Assembly: GCA_973895155.1 (NCBI GenBank)
Contig: OZ316895.1
Coordinates: forward strand, 8,296,184-8,360,183
DNA length: 64,000 nucleotides
Origin: Marsupella aquatica
Lineage: Eukaryota; Plantae; Marchantiophyta
Direction of reading: 5' to 3'
Made by a program: the position numbers and the translations under genes. Shown piece by piece: positions 49,261 through 62,300 of the stretch (its first letter is position 1; the number at the start of each line of letters is the position of its first letter). The notes below the pieces were generated by a model. That model was not told the DNA's origin, did not search any database, and was given only the letters and a program-made list of their open reading frames with translations.

Positions 49261-52200
49261 ATGGATCTGAATGTGGCGCCAACGAGTGACGAGGATGAGG
49301 AGGAGAGGGTGGAGTCGGCTGTGGACACGATGCGTAGGGAACGAGAGGAGCGGAAATTACGGATGAAAAGGCAAAGAGAAGAAGAGCGGCACGAGGCAAG
49401 GAGCAATGGACACAGTGTTGTACGTCAGGCTCCACAATTGAGAGAGAGCTCCAGGACGGCAGGGTTGAATTTGCCAGAAGGTAATTTTGAATCATAAGGC
49501 GGGGCATGATTTCGCGGACTCGCAGTTATTAGCATTGCGTTGTTCTCCCGAAATGCTTGCTTGTGACATGATAGGTTCCTTACCGGACGAAGAATAATTT
49601 CTGTGCAGGTTGGCTGGATTGCCCTAGCATGGGCGAGCCAGTTGCAGGCTTTCTCATTCCATCGAAAGTGCCTCTTGGGGAACGTTTTAACGAAGTCATC
49701 CCTCCTGGAAAACGTTTCTCTAAGCAACACGTTCTGCGAACACAACGCACCCGTCAACGAGAGGTTGACAACTCGTTTTCCTTCATTGTTATCATCGTGT
49801 TGTAAAGCTTCCTTCAATGGTCTTTATGCCATACTTCGACTCTCTTTTGCCCTTTTCTCGTTATCTTATATCTTTGTTAGGACGTCATTCCTATTCTGCT
49901 GTCATACGTTTGCTTCTGCGGTTCTTGCTACAGAAGCTGCTTCAATTGATTTACTATCTTCCTGTAATCACAATCGAGCATTACTCGTCTGGCAGGTTGC
50001 TTTGGTGATCGATCTCACCAACACTAATCGGTACTATTCACCTCAAGAGTGGTTAAGAGAAGGTGTCAAGCATGTGAAGGTGAGGCTGACAACGTTTTAG
50101 ATTATGAACCGTGCTATGTGTGTTGGTGTAGGTTAACAACGCATGTATGCTCTCTCTTAACGCTTTCCTCTCTGGAGCAGGTTCCGTGCAGAGGACGTGA
50201 CGAGGTCCCCGAGCCTGAAGCGGTCAATCAATTTGTTTATGAGGTGACAGTTTCCCGCCTGCAAAGCTTTCCATGTCAGGATAGTGCATTTCCACCAGTT
50301 TGGAGAACGTAAGACGTGGTGTGGAGGTAATTACTAAAATTGGCGGGCAATTTGATGGAACAGGTGATTAAGTTTCAGCATGGTACGGCAGCAAAAGCTC
50401 CGGGCAAGAGATATGTGGTGGTTCATTGCACACATGGACATAATCGTACAGGTTATATGATTGTACACTACATGATGCGAACTCAACATATCAGTGTTGA
50501 GAAGGTGCACACGAGTCCCATGCTTCTAAAAAACTAATTCATTTGCTAGACTGAAAAAATGAGACACTATCGGGACTATCCGCTCACTATACTTGATTGG
50601 TCTTTGTCAAGACAGCGTCTGATTGTGAAGCTCGGTTTATCTTTGCCGCCTAATTCTGCTATGGTTCATTTTTTGTTTCTTTGCAGTGTATAAAAGTATT
50701 TGCTGAAGCAAGGCCGCCTGGAATTTATAAGCCTGATTATATTGATAGCCTCTATAAATTTTACAATGAAAGGCGACCAGAACCATTGCATTGCCCGCGA
50801 ACTCCTGAATGGAAAAGACGAACCGAGGTTGATTTGAATGGTGAAGCAAAGGGCGACGAGGATGACGATGACGATGGGGGGATTTTGGCTGCGCTTCAGG
50901 TATCTGTAATTCTTAGCTCTTGCACCTGCGTGTGTCGACAAGTTCATCGCTGAATGCATATCTGGCCTGACACAGATAAAACTTCTTGGACTTATCTTCC
51001 TTGCATGGGTTTTCTGCTACAGTAGGTTCAAATGTTGGACTGCTTGGCGCCATTTGTGTTTTGTTAAATCTTCTATAACAAAGTTTGCATCCGGAGCCTT
51101 CAATGAGTGCATCGGACTAGTATCGAATATGTGTGTGACATTCCACATCCGTGTCGGCATTGTTCCACAGGAAGATGCAACCGCGGGACCACTTACGATG
51201 ACTAACGACGATGTGTTGGGAGATGCCATTCCTGATGAGCAGCAACTTGATATGCAGAAGTATATATGCATGGTTCTTGGAGTGGTAAGCTTCATTCATC
51301 CTCGTCTCCTCGTCGTGAGTCCTGTGACCTGTAAAAATCGAATTGAAGAGATCTAACTGATGGGAAATGGCTCCCAGCCGTGGTCGCCAACATGAGGAGC
51401 TCTGTCATCTTTGACCATCATGAGCTTGTAAAGTTTTACGACAATTTGCCATTTGTTTTCTTGGAAAGACTTGCTCAAGTCACATTGTTGGGGAAGATAA
51501 TTGAGATGGAGCCCAAGTCCTAATGCTACACAACATATAAATGACGTGAAACCTAAGATATCCTTCTTATATCTGTACTTGATATTTAACGACTAAAACC
51601 TGTCTTGCTTCTGTAGATGTTTGTGTAAAATAACAGCGAGACACTCTCCTTATTCATGGTCTTTTCTGCTCCTGTATTGTACTGGATGAATTTCTTTGGA
51701 AATGGGCAGGGCAGAGCAGGAGTCACCGTTCCTTATGATGGTGTGCTTGTTCGTCAATCCACCTTTGATGTTCATAGCACACCCATGACATAACTGTGCG
51801 CTGACCTCTACGTATGTGTGGCGTTCGTGACGGCTGGGGCAGCCTTCTGGAAAGCAGCCCAAATTTCCAGGGTCACAACCCGTCTCGTTGGATAGGTGAG
51901 TATTTAAATGCATTTTCCTGGTAGCTGATGAGGCTCTTGTATGTTTTAAGATATATACCCTTAGATCGCTGTCACAGGGAGATGTCTGTCGATCTAGAGA
52001 GACCTTCAATGGAGTGGAACTATCTCTTGCTCAAACAAAATCCTGATATCTGCAGGAAGAATCTTCAGCTTCTGCGGCAGCGGTATTACTATGCAACATG
52101 GAAAGCTGATGGGACGCGTTACATGATGTTCCTTACTCGATATGGCTGTTATTTGATTGATCGTAACTTTCGGTTCAGAAGGGTTCAACTAAGGTTTCCA

Positions 52201-54761
52201 ATAGTGAAGGTAATTAATTGTTCCTGAGTTTTCAGGCTGATAGAGGAGTCATAAAGAAGTATGGTTTGCGATCCGAGGTAGTGATGTTGAAGGTTAAGTT
52301 GTAAATGGTAGCACTGAGAGCAAAACGAAAGAGATCGAAAGTAGGCAAACATTTCTTGTGAATGCAGGCAGCCAACTCCATCTGAACTTGATGTGTGCCT
52401 AGCAGTCTTCTAAAGAGGCGCCTCCCGATATTCATCATCTCACGCTTTTGGATGGAGAGATGGTTATCGACACATTACCTGGCAGTACGCAACAGTCAAG
52501 AAGATACCTTGTTTACGACTTGATGATTTTAAACTCGCACCCTCTTCATGAGGTACCTTCAATTTGAATTTTCATGAAATGTGAACCGTTTGAATTGATG
52601 TAGCGGTTTGATAGGAATATACTGCCGGTGTTTCACGATGTCAGTCTCGTTAGCGGAGTCATTCCTGGAGTCTACTGGATGTTCTTATTCATTTGTTTAG
52701 GATTCTAATAGAGGGAATTTTCGTTTTCAACTCGGGTTTAGGGTATGTTGGTTTCTGATGCACACTGTGTGGCCCTCGATGCTGCTAGGGATTGTGGGAA
52801 TGTATCCGTAGCAAAAAATCAGCTTGGTGAAACTCTCCCTTGAGCTGTTGAACGCACCAGTACAGAAATGTCCTTTAGGACTCTAGCACAGCTAAATGGC
52901 AAGGGTTAGGAGGCAGGACTTAGAAACGACTCCCTCAATTCTTTTGTGGCTATTGTTGGATGTTATACTAGGTTTGTTGGTGTCATTTTCGTCCACTGCG
53001 TTGTAGCTAGTTGACAATGTGTCAAACGATTATTGTGATAATTTTATTCTTGTTGGTGTTTACAGCGTCCGTTCAGTGAAAGATGGAAACTCATAAAGGA
53101 CGAAGTGATTGATCCACGTAGAGAGGAGAAAGCCCGAGGTGTACGCTACCTCTACGATGCTGAGAAATTTTCGGTTAGTACAAATAATTATTGTTCGTAG
53201 TCGCAGAGCAAGATGGCCGTATGCGATCATTCTTGTGTATGGAGGTTTCTTGACAACGTGTTATTCTCATCACTTTGGAGCGATTAATTGCTTTACAAAG
53301 CAACTGTTACCCTTGTGTTCAGGTAAGGAGGAAAGACTTTTGGATGCTATCAACTACAGGAAAACTTCTCAATGATTTTATTCCGAATTTGCCCCATGAA
53401 GCAGACGGTCTTATCCTACAGGTCCGTTTCAAGTCTGACATGCCCTGGTATATATGTAGAGCTCTCCGCATGAATCATGTTATTGCTCAGAGCGGATGTT
53501 CTATATTCTCCATTTGATAGAAAAGCAAACACGAGTGCTGCTGATTATGTCGCGGTGCTCGCCAACACCTCACATTGGACTTTATTGGGACATCTTTCCA
53601 GGGTTGGGATGACTTGTATGTAACAAGGACTCATGAAGGGCTTCTCAAGTGGAAATATGCTCGGATGAATTCAGTTGATTTCCATTTACAGGTATATTTT
53701 GTGTACTAAACCGTCAACTATATTCCACCTTAACTTGAGAGTCGTGGAACTGTATTACTGTTGAGTTGTAATTGTTATTGTTGATGAAATCAGACACGTA
53801 AATCTGTATTGCCGCTGCTTAATGTGCTCTACATCGGACAGTCCTTTCTAAGCACGTCTGACAGATGTCTTTACTGGTTGGACCTATTTTCCGTCGAACG
53901 GTTTATTCTGCTAAGTACTGACATGAAACACTTGTGTAGCTTTCACCTTCGGGACAGTACCAATTATTCTTGATGGAAAGAGGAGGCAAATTGAGACAAC
54001 TGGATGGTGCACAATTAACTTTTCCTGGTATAGTCAAAGCCCTCGCATTTGTTTTTGGATGTGAAAGAGACCTCTGCATACCTGGACCAGTTCCTCTCAA
54101 ATGCATGGTATAGCCGCACCAGTAGTTCTCGCCGTCCTTGTCGAAATGCTGTGGAACTTTATGTTCGACTCCAATCTATTGTCTAAGCCCTATCATCTCG
54201 GTTTCTGGTACTGCAGAAGACCAAGATCCGTCCACTATGGTAGGCAAAATAATTGAATGTTCATGGAATCCGGAAGAAAGTCACTGGGAGTTCATGCGCA
54301 TCCGTAAGGACAAAGAGACTCCAAATGCCTGGCACGTTTATGAAAAGGTAAATAGATTTGGGGATGAGCAGCCGTCCAGGAACAATCTTAGGTTTCCTTG
54401 TCTGCAAGTGAGTAGTTCTGGATAATTATAGTGGGTTCCATATTTATTGACCGAGAGGGTGCCTAAATGCCTAAATGGTTGGTTTTTGGTCACTCAGTGT
54501 GCCTCTTAAATTCATCTTTCGCATAAATCTAGTCAGATAATGGTTAATGTCAGGGCTCTGATGACTAGGACGCAGATAAAAGTTCTTTACGACGTGTGGG
54601 AGCTGATGTATTGATTCAATTGCTTACAGGTTATGGGCAGTCTGCATGACAAGATCACAGAGGACGTATTGTTAGAAGAAATCCAAGAGATTTGTCACCT
54701 ACCAATGTATGCAGAGAGCATAGCCCGAGAACACCAGCAAAGAGCCACCCGAGGCAGATGA
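49261..54761 (+). CDS. Bifunctional mRNA capping enzyme (RNA triphosphatase + guanylyltransferase), about 16 exons
   Basis: MDLN start, GWLDCP, IPSKVPL, VIDLTNTNRYY, VHCTHGHNRTG, FAEARPPGIYK, FPGSQPVSL, ATWKADGTRY, LLDGEMVID, HEADGLILQ, LLKWK. Stop TGA at 54759-54761. Confidence 0.95.
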
Positions 54762-55651
54762 AACTATCCTTTGTACAATATACTATATGTTGCACTAAAG
54801 ATACATAAACGGCACCCAGAGGGTACTTGCAGTGATTGATTGTGGGCATCTTGACCCATATTTTTCCTTTCTAGTCCATCAGCAATATCCCACCAGTTTT
54901 GTAGGTTGTGGTAACAGGTGAGTGGAATTATACTGTCGTCAAATAGTAGCAGTGGAGTAACTCGGGACTACTCTTGTGGCCCATGTATATATAAGTGGCT
55001 TGTGAAGAGTTTCGTCAGTGAGGGGCGCACTGATAGAAAACTTGGGCGATGGGTGTTGTTCGCATTCAGGAGATTATTCTAGGCGTCTTGAAGCGATTTT
55101 CTTTGGAAGGATGAAGGTGGATTGCCCTGGTGCTGTTGCTCTGTGCCAGTCTCCAACGTGATGACTTCTCTTCCCTGTCCTGTCATGGTCAGAAGCATAT
55201 TTTGTTCCAGATATTTTTTGTGCGACAGATATCCATTCTTTATGTCGCTCAACAATTGATTGATTCATGCCTTCCCACAACGCGCACGGTTTTGTGCTAT
55301 CCGAACTTGTTAGCATCGGTCAGAGCAAAGGAAGGAACCCCCAAATGAAATTAACTAGAGTCTGCTGGGGCTAAGTGAGTCGAGCATGACATGAAATATT
55401 GATTGACTACGGCAGAAGTGGAGGCGCAATGTGTGTTGTAAGATTAGCTTCAACATGATGGAGTAGAAGCACGAGTGCAAAAGGAAACAAGAGGGAGAGG
55501 AAAGCCTGTTGAGCCTCCTATGCAGTTCACACCAGAGCTCTACAGGGCTCTTCAGTTTGCCCATAGGTAGTTTTTGAACTTTTTGTTCCTGGCCTTTGTT
55601 GGGCCGGGCTTTGGCTCCCGCTTTGGCTGGGCTCCTTTGGACTTTTTGGCT

Positions 55652-55906
55652 CTTTGGTTCCCTTCCCTTGATTGGTTCTCTGGCCTATGAGGTCAGGTTT
55701 CCTGGTTGGGCTATATATCACATAAACGTGTCTTTACTAGGGATCTCAAAGCCCAGTTTGACGGACCTTGGTTCCCTTCCCTTGATTGGTTCTCTGGCCT
55801 ATGAGGTCAGGTTTCCTGGTTGGGCAGCTGTTGTTTTTGGGCAGCCTATATATCACATAAACATGTCTTTACTAGGGCATCTCAAAGCCCAGTTTGATGG
55901 ACCTTA
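55652..55906. repeat. Two-copy ~115-135-bp tandem duplication
   Basis: ttggttcccttcccttgattggttctctggcctatgaggtcaggtttcctggttggg...atctcaaagcccagtttga.ggacctt occurs twice; the second copy has an internal insertion. Confidence 0.9.
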
Positions 55907-56769
55907 ATTCGATAATTATGGAATATATACACAAAAAGTTATTTGCTACCAAATTCATAGCCCGTAATTTTTTGCCACTAAAGATTGATAAAATGCCAAA
56001 CCTGGAGACAAGATCCCAAAGGCAACCCAATGAAGGGGAGAAACGATTGGTAGTATTCCATTACCATTAGTCAGAAAGAGGGGAAAGATTGGTACACTAG
56101 TATTCCATTACCATTAGTCACTCTAGAGGCTTGTGAATTTTATTTTCATTAAATTATTTACACAACTTTGTTAAAAAGTTATGACCATTTAAAAGCATTC
56201 ATCCATAAAAAGTTACGACCATTCTTTTAGGACCAAAAGGGATCATCCTATGAACATTCCTTTTTGGCCGAAAGCGATCATCCATATTTTATAATTTAGG
56301 AGCTTTGAGATGCCCTACTACGTTCAAAGCACATCCTCCTATAAACATGTCGTTTCTACAGTCAAAGCATACCCTCGTGTAAAGATGACGTTACGATATT
56401 CCAAGAAATACCCTGTTGCAGTGTTGCTTTCAAAATCTGGTTGGACTGCCAATTGTGGTGTCGAGAGGACGTCCCTTAATCCGAGGAGTTTAATAATAAT
56501 AGGAACTCGTTGAGTCCGTGGACTACGGCCAACAACAAGTTTTGGTCTGTTCAATCCAGACTTTGGCAGGATTATGAAATGATGCTATCTACCCCCAAGA
56601 CCATTATTCCACTTAACTACGGATCAGCCAAATTATCCATTTCCTGAGTTCCTGTAATTGATTGTACTTGTGTCACTATCTGTTTCAATCATGATCCTGT
56701 GATACAGCTGTATTACAGTCTGTGCCAAAGTACACAAGCGCCTTTTGAATTCCGTCCATGATTAGTGTC

Positions 56770-57050
56770 GAGGGGATCTCCCTCCTTCACAAATTCCTCA
56801 GATACCCAGTTATCCGGATCCTGAGCTACAGAAGCTTTAATTTCGACGTAAAGTCCGTTCCACATCAAGCTTGCAAAATACTCCCTCCTGCAATTGCTGG
56901 AGGGTCCCAACTCCCCGTTGGTAGGGATCTCCGCTTCCAACCATTCGTTATCCTGGTCCTGAGCTACAGCAAATTTGATTGTAACTCAAAGTCCGTTCCA
57001 CATCTAGCTTACAAAACACTCCCTCCTGCAATTGCTGGAGGGTCCCAACC
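56770..57050. repeat. Imperfect ~140-150-bp tandem duplication containing a palindrome
   Basis: agggatctcc..ttatcc.g.tcctgagctacag..aaagtccgttccacatc.agctt.caaaa.actccctcctgcaattgctggagggtcccaac occurs twice. Confidence 0.85.
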
Positions 57051-57426
57051 CATGCGGAGAGGGCATTCCATGGAGCGCAAGGTGTTCAATTGTCATGCTT
57101 TGTAGAAGAAGAAGATATATGGACAGTACTGAGCAGACCCGTCGCCCCCTGCTTCAATCAGCTTTTGCACCACCAGCCGTGGATCCCGTCCAAGCCTCCG
57201 GTCCTTGCAATATCCAGCAACTCCTCTACTGGTACTCACTGTTGTGGGCATTTCACTTCTGTAAGCAAACAATATTTTACGAAGCTGATTGCGGTACATT
57301 GGTAGTCCCCAAGGTGAATACGGTTTATTGCGTCTTAAGGCTAGGCCAGAAAGTTCTTCGAAACATGTTTTTTTTGGTTGATGGCGTGGTGAAGTTGATA
57401 CTCTAGAGAATTTACTCCACTGGACT

Positions 57427-57596
57427 GTTAGTTGCATCTCATACTATAATTACGAGTTGTTTCCTACACATTCGATAGGATTGGAGCTGGACTCTATGTG
57501 CATGTGATGGGTTAGTTGCATCTCATACTATAATTACGAGTTGTTTCCTACACATTCGATAGGATTGGAGCTGGACTCTATGTGCATGTGATGGGT
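57427..57596. repeat. Exact 84-bp tandem duplication immediately upstream of the LFS-like gene
   Basis: gttagttgcatctcatactataattacgag...atgtgcatgtgatgg at 57427 and 57511. Confidence 0.95.
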
Positions 57597-57674
57597 AAAT
57601 TGCTTGTGCTCATTAGCTCTGTGCGAAGACATTGCTGGGCTTGACACATGATGAAAATATATTCGGTTGCAGCA

Positions 57675-58145
57675 ATGGCGGAACAAAAGGAGAAGGGGAA
57701 ATGGGGATCAACCGTGACCAAGGTCATTCCGGCCACAATAGACAAGGTATGGGCAGTTCTTGCAGACTTCGATGGGATTCGTAGGAACTTCCCAGAGTTT
57801 GTTGAATCATCTGAAACCGTCGAAGGAGAAAAGAACAAACCAGGGTCCCTGCGTGTTGTCACAGCTTCAACTCCTGAGGGGGAAAGAGTCGAGGGTAGAG
57901 AAAGACTTCTTACCTTAGACGATGTGAATCACACGACCAGCTATGCTGTTGAATATATCAGCCTCGGCTGGACCGGCTATGAAGCCCACATCAGCTGTGA
58001 GAGTGTTGAAAATGGGCACACGCTTGTAAGGTGGACGTTTGAATTGAACCCAATGAGTACAATAACAGAGGAGGAGTATATCAAAAATCAATTGGGTTTC
58101 TATCTCCTATTATTGGAACTTACCAAAGGAATTGTGGCGAAATGA
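57675..58145 (+). CDS. START/SRPBCC polyketide-cyclase family protein (lachrymatory-factor-synthase-like)
   Basis: KWGSTVTKVIPATIDKVWAVLADF...VEGEKNKPGSLR...RERLLTLDDVNHTTSY...TLVRWTFELNP; intronless, 156 aa from the ATG at 57675. Confidence 0.85.
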   Translation: MAEQKEKGKWGSTVTKVIPATIDKVWAVLADFDGIRRNFPEFVESSETVEGEKNKPGSLRVVTASTPEGERVEGRERLLTLDDVNHTTSYAVEYISLGWTGYEAHISCESVENGHTLVRWTFELNPMSTITEEEYIKNQLGFYLLLLELTKGIVAK

Positions 58146-58750
58146 CGGAGCTGCGGTCCAGGATTTAAGGCCTGCGATAAGTGTATTGGAAGGGGCAGAC
58201 GAATTTGCAATGCTTCTTATGATCCTGTGTGAAGCAAATGGCTCCGAGATGTGGTGGCATTTAGTCTCACTGGAAGCTGCTTGATATAATCAGCTGTGCT
58301 ATGATGGATGACCACCTTGACCTCTTGACTCGACGTTCAAACTTTGAAACGGTGGGTAAGATCCTCTCCGATCTCGTCTTGGACGTTTGGAAGGTTGGTG
58401 GCCATGAAACTTGTGTTGCCCAGGGATTTCGGAATGCACAGCACGCCTTCAACTCCGTACCTTATTTTGACCACGCCTTTCTTTATCAGGCTTTTCAGTT
58501 TGCTGCTCAGTCATGCTTTTCCTTTTGAGCTTTTTGGCTCGCTGGTTTTTCCCTTGTTGTCTCCCCTTTGTTGGGTCTCCTGCCTTCGAGATCCTGTCTC
58601 AAGGTTTGGAGTTTTCCGTTCCTTGGTATATATCTTTAGTATGAACATGGTTTTGCAGACTTCTTGAAATCTTCAAGTTACGTCACCAGTATGGGTCATC
58701 TATAACGTGAAGACCCATACTGGCTTTAACCTTGCCAGACTGCTAGAATG

Positions 58751-59007
58751 TGTTGGTAACAACCAATATTCTATTGCTACGATAGAACAAGGCGCAGGGC
58801 GCCATATAAGTAGGGAACGATGGATCCCTGGAAGAGGAAGAGATCAATGGACATAACGTAGTGACCTAGAACTAACAGCCTAGATGGCTACCGCATATCA
58901 CGCATACTGGGCAACGTGATGTAAGGCAAGTAACGGTGATCAATAAAGATCACACTAGTGTCGTAGCCAGTCGCTTCTACACTACTTACGAGTAATAACT
59001 TCCAACA
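58751..59007 (-). repeat. 3' LTR of Copia C (257 bp)
   Basis: Terminal inverted TGTTGG/CCAACA, adjacent PPT; the first 8 bp recur at 63993-64000. Confidence 0.88.
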
Positions 59008-59066
59008 CCCCCTCTCGAGTAAGTGAGAGTGTATTAAGAGAATCGGACGTGAGAGGAGAACAAAAG

Positions 59067-59390
59067 ATGCTGTCAGCGGTACCGCGAGTTGTCCATCCAT
59101 CAATTTTGGTAGTGGAAACAATCGAGCCGCAAACAATGTCCCCCTCTGAGTAGGAGAAATGCCCCAAGGATTGTAGCGCAGTGGGGCAGAAGCAAGAGAG
59201 ACGGAGTGTATGCCGACGTCGTTATTATGCGGTCGCAGTAGGTCATAGGCCAGGAATCTATACTTCTTGGGTCAATGCAAACCGAGAAGTTTGTGGGTAT
59301 CCAAGAAACTGTCACCAGGCTTTTCGAACACTAGCAGAGGCGGAGTACTTTATGGCTTGGTCTAGTGCAGGAGTGAAGATATTTAGCTAG
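59067..59390 (+). CDS. Antisense ORF inside Copia C encoding an RNase H1 N-terminal hybrid-binding / caulimovirus viroplasmin (Cauli_VI-like) domain; one in-frame TAG upstream of the domain
   Basis: RRYYAVAVGHRPGIYTSWVNANREVCGYPRNCHQAFRTLAEAEYFM fits the family pattern YYAV--G--PGIY-SW------V-GY-------F-T--EA--F. In-frame ATGs at 59067 and 59136; TAG at 59151-59153. Confidence 0.8.
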
Positions 59391-62300
59391 GATGCAACGT
59401 GAGGTCAGATATGGAAAAAATGCCAATAAATCTCCTATGTTTTTCAAACTTAAGTCGGGACAGCGGCTTGGTAAGGATATCAGCCGGGTTTTCAATTGTA
59501 TTAATATATGACAATGAGATCTCCCCCTCTAGCACCCTTTCCCGAACGAAATGGTGCTTGCCTTCTATGTGTTTGGTACGAGCATGAAATACAGGATTTT
59601 TGGCAAGTTTGATGGTCCCTTGGTTGTCACAATGTAAATGAATGTCAAGGGAGGTAGGGATGGCAGCATGTGCAAGATCGGTGTGAATAGAAGGGTCAGA
59701 GATCGTAAGTGGTACCTTCAAGCTAGGATGGATGTTAAGTTCCATCAGTAGTCTGCGAATGTGTACAGCTTCTTTGGCCCCTTCAGATAATGCCTTATAC
59801 TCAGCTTCAGTGGTACTGTCGGAGACTGTCGATTGAAGCTTACTTGACCATGAAATAGGACCGGCTGCAAGTTGAAATAGGTAGGCGCCACGAGACCGAC
59901 GAGTGTCAGGGCAACCTAGGAAGTCAGCGTCAGTGAAGCCTTGAAGTGAGGCCGAGGACGAGCGCTGGAAGAAAATGCCATAATCGGTAGTACCCTGCAA
60001 ATACCGGAGGATATGCTTGACAGATTCCCAGTGCCGTTGCTGAGGGGAAGACATGTAACGGCTGACTATGCCGACAGCGTAAGCAATATCAGGCCTGGTG
60101 TGGGTGAGAAAAATAAGTTTTCCTACAGCATGGCAGTACTCAGTGACATCGAAAGAAGTAGTATCGGTGTTTGTAGTTAGAACATGGCCTTCAGGGAGAG
60201 GTATATGTTCGGGCTTGCAGTTATTCATGCCCAGTTCCTTCACCAGATCCTGACAGTAGGAAGTCTGATGGAGAAAAAGTCCGGTAGAAGTGCGAAGGAA
60301 TTCAATACCGAGGTATTTTTGGACGAACCCCAGGTCCTTCATCTGATAGCGCTGCTGAAGGTGAGCCTTGGTGGATGCAATTTTTGTGGGATTGCTCCCG
60401 GTGATGAGTAAATCATCTACATAGAGCATTAAAATAACGATGGCACCATCAGAATGACAGAAATAAAGATTGGGGTCAGCAGCACTACGGGTCCAGCCAG
60501 TGTCCCGAAGATGGGTGTCAATTTCACTATACCATGCTCTTGGGGATTGTTTGAGACCATAGAGGGAGCGTCGTAAGCGGCACACCATAGATTCCTTCCC
60601 AGGAATCTCAAATCCTTGCGGTTGGTGCATATATATTTCTTCGGTGAGAGTGCCATTGAGGAATGCTGTAATGACATCCATGTGATGCAATTCCCAGCCA
60701 TTGGCAACGGCAAGTGCAATGATAGTCCGGAGGGTTGACCACTTGACTACAGGAGCAAAGGTCTCATTATAGTCAATCCCAAATTTTTGTTCAAAGCCCC
60801 GGGCGACCAAGCGTGCTTTGAGGCGAAACCGAGTAGAATATGGTTTAGCCCGAAATACCCATTTAGCGGTCAGTGCACGTCGTCCTGCAGGCAAATAAAC
60901 AAGTTCCCAGGTACCCATTTGTAAAAGGGACTCAATTTCTTCCTCCATAGCCTCCTTCCAGCCTGGGTGATTGAGAGCAGCTTCCGTGGAAAGATTTTCA
61001 CATTCAGGTCCTGCAGACTCGACTAAGAAGGTGCTCATGTCATAGTCATTGTGCCAAGGAGGTGGTCGATGAGTCCGCAACGAGTGGCGGAGTGCAGGTG
61101 GTCGTTCTTGTGGTGCAGCCACAGGCAGAGGTTGAATGTCCTCATTGGGGGGCAGTTCTGGCACAGGTTCGACCCCAACATCAGCTTGCTCACAATTAAT
61201 CTCTCCGTGGATGTCATCATGGACAGGTTCCCCCTCTGGAACTAGAAGTTCTGGAATGTGAGGAATAGGCAAAGCATCCCCAAGGGCAACGAGCACGGGT
61301 TGAAAGAGGGCGTGGATAGCAGCATGATCCGATGCCTGAGCTCCCATGGTATTTTCGTCAAATGTAACATCCTTGGAGATGATAATTCATCGGCGAGCAG
61401 CATCATAACAACGGTAAGCTTTAGATTCGTCATCATAGCCAAGAAGCATGGTGCGCAGAGATTTAGTGCTAAGCTTGGACTGAAGAGAGTCTGGAAGAAG
61501 AACATACGCTGTGCAGCCAAGTACGCGGAGGTGGCCAAGATCGGGTTTGGTACCAAAAATGGCCTCAAACGGAGTGCATTTATACAGGGCCCGGGTACCA
61601 GACCGATTTTGAACATAGTTAGCAGCACGAACTGCCTCGTGCCAAAGAGACACAGAGGTGCCGGAGCTAAGTAGAATAGCCCGAGCAGCTTCAATTAATG
61701 TACGGTTCTTACGCTCAGCTACTCCATTTTGATGAGGGGAGTCAGCAACAGTAAGCTGGCGCCTAATCCCATGGGTCCTGCAAAATTGGAGAAATTCTGT
61801 GGACATGTACTCCCCGCCACGATCAGATCGAAGACACGCAATTTTTTGATCAAATTGATTCTCGACCAGCAGCTTGAATGCTTTGAACTGGTCAAAGGTG
61901 TCGCTCTTGCGGGGCAGAAAATAGACCCAAGTGAATCGAGTAAAGTCATCAATAAAAGTGAGGATATACTTAACACGAGAAGGTCCTTGAATAGGACCAC
62001 ATAGATCAAAGTGAAGAAGCTCCAGTGGTCGGGAGGCCCGTGAAATAGATTGCTTAGGAATCTTTTCTCGATGATGCTTGGCTTGGACACAAGTGCCACA
62101 AACTCGCTTGACTCGTGGGAGCATAGGAAGACCAGTTACCAAGGAGCCCTGGGACATATGGTGAACCATTTGATAATTTATGTGGCTGAGCCGTCGGTGC
62201 CAGAGCTCAATCGCATCTTGATGCAAAACTTCAGCAGGGGCCTCAGTAAGGAGGACTGGGGCGGACTCCAATAGCTTTGCGTGGCGGTGAAAACGTGAGT

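Noticed and set aside
41025-54761. SF3B3 and capping enzyme as a co-regulated mRNA-processing cluster
   Set aside because: They are divergent but more than 4 kb apart with repeat DNA between them; the sequence gives no evidence of a shared promoter.
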